Assembly: GCA_038245785.1 (NCBI GenBank)
Contig: JBBRSB010000019.1
Coordinates: 22,972-86,971 of the forward strand
Length of the DNA stretch: 64,000 nt
Reading direction: 5' to 3'
Source: Gloeobacterales cyanobacterium
GTDB taxonomy: Bacteria > Cyanobacteriota > Cyanobacteriia > Gloeobacterales > PMM-0068
Shown here in pieces: positions 63,113 through 64,000 of this stretch (position 1 is the first letter of the stretch; each line of letters begins with the position of its first letter). The notes under the pieces were generated by a model. The model had not been told where the DNA came from. It saw nothing but the letters and a program-made list of their open reading frames with translations, and made no database searches. Made by a program: the position numbers and the translations under genes.

Positions 63113-63841
63113 CTATTTCTCTTCATCTGTAAATTGTGACTGGATTAGTTGAAAGCGTTGGTTTACGCCATACTTCTGAAAAATATTTCCCAGGTGATAT
63201 TTAACAGTTCTGACCGTGACATTTAACTGGTCCGCGATCTGCTGGTTACTCTGTCCTAGAGAGAGTTGTTGAAAAACTTCCTGTTCTCTGGCTGTAAGCT
63301 TTTGGTAGGCATACTGAGTTTTCAAGCGGGCTAAGTGTAGGCTTGCAGCACTACAGAGTAGATGGAGCAAGCTGATTTCTTCAATCGTTAGCTTCTGGCG
63401 GGTGAAAAAAGCGACAACACCCAAACATTGGTCTTGATAAAGCAGAGGGTAACCAGCAAAGGTTTGGAGATTATGTTTTTGTACCCACCAAGGGTCTCGA
63501 ACCCAGGGTTGCCCATGTAAGTCCTGCGCCCAAAAAGCTTGGCGCTTCTGAGCAATCCAACCCATTTTGAAACTTCCCAGAGGGATGCGGGCGAATCGGC
63601 CTGTGAGTACGGTAGAGGCTCCAGAACTGGCTATCAATTCTAAGGTTTGACTCGCAGGTTCGAGATACCACAAACGAGCCAGAGCAAGACCATAGTGTTC
63701 CACCAAATTTTGGGTGAACAGGCGAGCCGCTTCTTCCAAATTTTGTTGATAGGAAAGAAGATGGATAAGCTTCTCTCCTTGCTCACTCCAGCGAGCAAGC
63801 TGAGGGCGGGAGCATTGGTGATTTTGTGACTGATTAGACAT
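63113..63841 (-). CDS. GAF domain + LuxR-type HTH transcriptional regulator
   Basis: GAF: ARLW...LELIASSG...GWIAQ...FAGYPL...LGVVAFF. HTH: LTAREQEVFQQLSLGQSNQQIADQLNVTVRTVKYHLGNIFQKYGV. Confidence 0.92.
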   Translation of the reverse strand: MSNQSQNHQCSRPQLARWSEQGEKLIHLLSYQQNLEEAARLFTQNLVEHYGLALARLWYLEPASQTLELIASSGASTVLTGRFARIPLGSFKMGWIAQKRQAFWAQDLHGQPWVRDPWWVQKHNLQTFAGYPLLYQDQCLGVVAFFTRQKLTIEEISLLHLLCSAASLHLARLKTQYAYQKLTAREQEVFQQLSLGQSNQQIADQLNVTVRTVKYHLGNIFQKYGVNQRFQLIQSQFTDEEK

Positions 63842-64000
63842 GGCAAAAGTATAGCTTCTACCCCTTGTATGTTGAGAGTGAGCGGTAAACCGATAACCCC
63901 TTGATACTGGATATCGTGGCTGAGCCTAGGTTGCCGCTTACTCGCTCTTGAACCCGAACAGTCGCTTGGGGCCATGACCCCGTATGAGCAAGGGCGGGTC

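Noticed and set aside
1..64000. CRISPR arrays, tRNA/rRNA genes, intact IS elements or prophage
   Set aside because: No spaced repeat arrays, RNA gene signatures, DDE transposases or phage genes seen by eye
63869..64000. TGA readthrough ORF (MLRVSGKPITP*YWISW...MTPYEQGRV)
   Set aside because: No homology or SECIS context supports it; more simply, a CDS may start at 63974

Overview
This is a 64 kb chromosomal window from a cyanobacterium. OCP, an HLIP and cyanobacterial-type RecG/YlqD/LarE support that call. The OCPx-like OCP and scarce HIP1 octamers suggest an early-branching, Gloeobacterales-like lineage (inference). Housekeeping genes include murB/murC, yqeK-rsfS, queC, recG, gatA, tsaD, metH, polA and hemL. 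Accessory modules are a Rpn/DUF4351 gene fused to a decayed tsaD copy, a low-GC Wzm/Wzt glycan island with three methyltransferases, HicAB plus an orphan AbrB, srx-dps, xfp-ldhA, MarR-DODA, a metal ABC importer, a cobalamin (cob/cbi) cluster, and an hli/OCP/GAF-LuxR locus. The best candidate for a new system is three lux-box-like 20-bp operators (ACCTGTAC-N4-GGACAGG type). One lies in the divergent metal-ABC/cob promoter. The other two each lie exactly 58 nt upstream of the hli and OCP start codons, next to a GAF-LuxR regulator. This suggests a regulon coupling photoprotection with B12/metal supply. All calls were made by eye from the sequence; no database searches were run.
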